Source: the human T2T-CHM13v2.0 reference genome, Homo sapiens
Assembly: GCF_009914755.1 (NCBI RefSeq)
Contig: NC_060947.1
Length of the DNA: 64,000 nucleotides
Reading direction: 5' to 3' (one strand)
The notes beneath the pieces were generated by a model. It was not told the DNA's origin. It saw only the letters and a list, made by a program, of their open reading frames with translations, and searched no databases. Both the position numbers and the translations under genes were made by a program. The stretch's first letter is position 1; each line of letters starts with the position of its first letter. Below are positions 60,350-64,000 of the stretch, one piece after another.

Positions 60350-61166
60350 GTTCTTTTTTGTTTTAACTTTTAGTTTAGGTTCAGGGGTACCTGTGCAAGT
60401 TTGTTATATCACAGGGGTTTGTTGTACAGATTATTTCGTCACCCAGGTACTATATCTGGTACTCAATAGTTTTTTTTTTCTGCTCCTCTCCCTCCTGCTC
60501 TTCACTCTAAAGTGGGCCCCAATGTCTGTTGTTCCCCTTTTTGTGTTCATGAGTTCTCGCCATTTAGCTCCCACTTACAAACGAGAACATGTGGTATTTA
60601 GTTTTCTGTTCCTGCGTTAGTTTGCCAAGGATAATGGCCTCTAGCTTCATCCATGTTCCTGCAAAAGATATGATCTCATTCCTTTTTATGGTTGCATAGT
60701 ATTCCATTGTGTGTATATACCACATTTTCTTTATCCATTCTACTACTGATGGACATTTAGGTTGATTCCATGTCTTTGCTATTGTGAATAGTGCTGCAAT
60801 GAACATAGGCAGGCATTTGTCTTAATGGTAGAATGATTTTATATTCTTCTGGGTATATATGCAGTAATGGGGTTGCTGGGTCGAATGGTAGTTCTGTTTT
60901 TAGCTCTCTGAAGAATTGCCATTTTGCTTTCCACAAAAGTTTAACTAATTTACACTCCCACCAACAGTGTAAAGTGTTCCTTTTTCTCCACAACCTCACC
61001 AGCATCTGTTATTTTTTGATTTTTTAATAATAGCCATTCTGACTGGTATGAGATGGTATCTCATTGTGGTTTTGATTTGCATTTCTCTAATGATCACTGT
61101 ATGCTTGTTGACCACATGTATGTCTTCTTGTGAAAAGTGTCTGTTCGTGTACTTTATCTTACCCAC
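60350..61166 (-). mobile_element. L1PA15/16-like 3' end
   Basis: ORFs 60564..60806 and 60757..61005 are ORF2p C-terminal remnants; antisense 3'UTR 'ggttcaggggtacctgtgcaagtttg'. Confidence 0.9.
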
Positions 61167-61443
<277 letters not shown>

Positions 61444-61444
61444 T

Positions 61445-61730
61445 AGGGAGAGGTTGGTTAAGGGATACAAAATTACAGCTAGATAAGAGGGATAAGTTCT
61501 ATATAGCACTGTAGGGTAACTATAGTTAATAATTTATTGTATATTTTCAAATAACTAGAAAAGAAGATTTTAAATGTTCCCAACATAAAGAAATGATAAA
61601 TGTTTGAGGTAATAGATATGCTAATATCCTGATTTGATCATTATACATCGTATACATGTATCAAAATATCACACTGTACCCCATAAACATGTATAATTAT
61701 TATGTCAATTTAAAATAATACCAAAAGTAC
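61445..61730 (+). mobile_element. L1MA 3' terminal fragment
   Basis: 'gggatacaaaattacagctagataagagg...gtaccccataaacatgtataattattatgtcaattt'. Confidence 0.85.
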
Positions 61731-61779
61731 AATCTCTCTAATTATGATGAATCACAAATTTGAAAATAAAAAGAATAGG

Positions 61780-62238
61780 TTCAGCAATCTACTACTGGAT
61801 GGGTATCCAAAAGAAATGAATTCAGTATGCCAAATGACATCTTCACTCTCACATTCATTGCAGTGTTATACACAATAGCCAAGTTATGGAATCAACCTAA
61901 GTGTTCACAACAGATGAACAGATAAAGAAAATATGGTATACATACACAAAGGGATACCATTCAACCTTAATAAAGAAGGAAATTCTGTCATTTTCAACAA
62001 CACAGGTGAACCTGGAGAACATTATGTTAAGTAAAATAAGACAAGTACGGAAAGATAAATACCACCTACTCTCACTTCAACATGAAATCTAAAAAAGTCC
62101 AACTCATAGAAGTAGGGAGCAGCATGGTAGCTACCAGGGGCTGGGGGAGAGGAGGTTGGAAAAATACTGGTCAAAGGATACAAAATTTCAGTTAAATAGG
62201 AGGAATATGTTTAAAAGATCTATTTAAAAAAAAAAAAA
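61780..62238 (+). mobile_element. L1MA fragment ending early in an A-run
   Basis: 'aatagccaagttatggaatcaacctaagtg...aaaggatacaaaatttcagtta...aagatctattt(A)13'. Confidence 0.8.
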
Positions 62239-62262
62239 GCAAGTTAAGAATAATAGGTCCCT

Positions 62263-62567
62263 GGCTGGGCACGGTGGCCCATACCTGTAATCCCAGCACT
62301 TTGGGAGGCCAAAGTGGGCAGATCACCTGAGGTCAGGAGTTCGAGACCAGCCTAGCCAACATGGGGAAATGCTGCCTCTACTAAAAATACAAAAAGTAGC
62401 TGGGCATGGTGTCGGGCCTGTAATCCCAGCTACTTGGGAGGCTGAGGCAGGAGAAATCGCTTGAACTCAGGAGGCAGAGGTTGCAGTGAGCTGAGATTGC
62501 ACCACTGCACTCCAGCCTGGTCGACAAGAGCAAGACTCCATCTCAAAAATAAAAATAATTTTAAAAA
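62263..62567 (+). mobile_element. AluSx/Sq
   Basis: TSD AAGAATAATAGG/ATCC. Confidence 0.93.
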
Positions 62568-62774
62568 AGAATAATAGATCCAATATACAACTGTTTTCCA
62601 ACAAAAGGAAACAATGTGGATATGAGTCATCCTTGAACACTCTATTCACATGCATATCTTTTCGTCAGTTAGGATGATTTCACCTGTAGGTACTAATATA
62701 TAATTTGCTTACTCGATTAGCTGGAAGTTCAGAGTTGGCGAGGTGGAAGGTAAGACCTTCAGCAGCGTTGCCAT

Positions 62775-62948
62775 CGGAGATGGATTCACTGAGAAGTTTA
62801 AAGCTTAAGCTTTAGAGGCAGTCACTTGCATTTTTTTTAAATAATTTCGCCTAATTTTTTATGTAGATTTTTGTATTCATCCTTTTGATAAGACCCACAC
62901 TAAATTGTTTAATATTTAGGTCCCAGAAAAGAGGGATCAGTGCTTGGC
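62775..62948. mobile_element. Possible hAT-Tip100-type MITE remnant
   Basis: 'ggattcactgagaagtttaaagcttaagctttagaggcagtcacttgca...aaattgtttaatatttaggtcccagaaaa'. Confidence 0.4.
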
Positions 62949-63139
62949 TCTGACATAACTTAAAAATGAATTTCTCAGCAGTGCATTCCTGATGGAGTCA
63001 GCTCTGCCCGCTGGCTAGCTTGCCTTTGGGTCACGAAATGGCTTGCTACTGCCAACCAGGTGATATGTTTCTCATTCACTTCTAGGTGTTCACTGCCAGG
63101 GTTTGTTCACTTCCTGCATAGTGCTGAACATAAGTTCTT

Positions 63140-63754
63140 TCTTTTGCAACAATATGCCATGTCCCCAGTCTCTAGGATGATTGCCTTAAGCCTGGATTTC
63201 AGAATCAACTTACTGGCAGAGGAATGGATGTTGCCCCACTGGGTTAGACAAATATGAACCCACCTCTGGAGATGGAGTTGGAGTTAGCTTACCTAGTGGG
63301 ACATGAGTTACATAGGAGGGGCTGACGCCTAAACAAAATTCAGATGTAGGATGGGCTAAGATAGTACGGACCAATTACATATGAGAAAAACCTTGCTTGA
63401 GCATTCCTGGAAAGAAACTTCATCATTATTAGGAGAGAACCATGGAAAGTCAAGCTGTCTCTCCCTTTCTTCTGGTGAACATGAACATGGAACCCACATT
63501 ACCCCAGTGGGTACTGGCAGCCATCCTGTCATCATAAAGGAAGCTGAACCAAACATAAGCCCATATATAGTGAAGGGCATATATTTAAAAAAAAACATGT
63601 AGAGAAACATATCTAGAACTCTTGTTTTTTGTACTAAGTCCAAATCCACCCAATTTCTGCATTTACATTTATGTAAGCTAATAAAAGTTCTTATTTTTAA
63701 GCAATTGTAAATTTATATTTTGCCATTTGCAGACAAACACAATCTAATTAATAC
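63140..63754 (+). mobile_element. Old MaLR LTR (MLT1J/K/L-like)
   Basis: 'ggcagccatcctgtcatcataaagg' and terminus 'taataaaagttcttatttttaagc...ctaattaataca'. Confidence 0.6.
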
Positions 63755-64000
63755 ATTTTTTTAACTCCCATCACTCCACCTACACCAGAAAATTATCATT
63801 GAATTGCAGTGTTATTTTCTACATCTGTTAAGTTTTCATATAAGATTATGGTCTTTATATTCATATAATTTCCGTTACGTCATGAATTTTATTTTGGTGC
63901 CTTTTAGATGTTCAAATGTAGATGCTAGGAGGGCTATTGAACATATAAGACTGAAGTTCAGAGAGTGCTCTGGGAATATATATAAATTTGTGAATCATCT

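Overview
AT-rich, CpG-poor primate (human-like) genomic DNA, intergenic or deep intronic. I found no host protein-coding exon, CpG island, RNA gene or prokaryotic feature; every ORF with a recognisable product is transposon-derived. The window is a dense record of mobile elements: two young 5'-truncated L1PA copies, older L1PA/PB/MA/MB/ME pieces, L2, L3, MIR, 13 Alus, MaLR and ERV1 LTRs, and DNA transposons (Tigger1, Tigger3a, Hsmar1, Charlie/MER types). The best-supported unusual structures are: (1) an L1PA5-like copy with a ~100-bp 3' transduction inside its TSDs; (2) a twin-primed L1PA3-like copy whose inversion junction leaves two overlapping antiparallel chimeric ORFs open; (3) an AluJ carrying a perfect 26-bp copy of sequence ~950 bp downstream; (4) an ancient LTR-internal-LTR MER67/MER31-type provirus with 4-bp TSD, PPT and tRNA-His-like PBS; (5) a near-full-length Hsmar1 missing its right TIR; (6) an order-scrambled old L1 and an ancient twin-primed L1MA. 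I do not see a convincing new biological system; these are rare or informative instances of known mechanisms. Subfamily names come from recalled consensus sequences and need RepeatMasker/Dfam confirmation.
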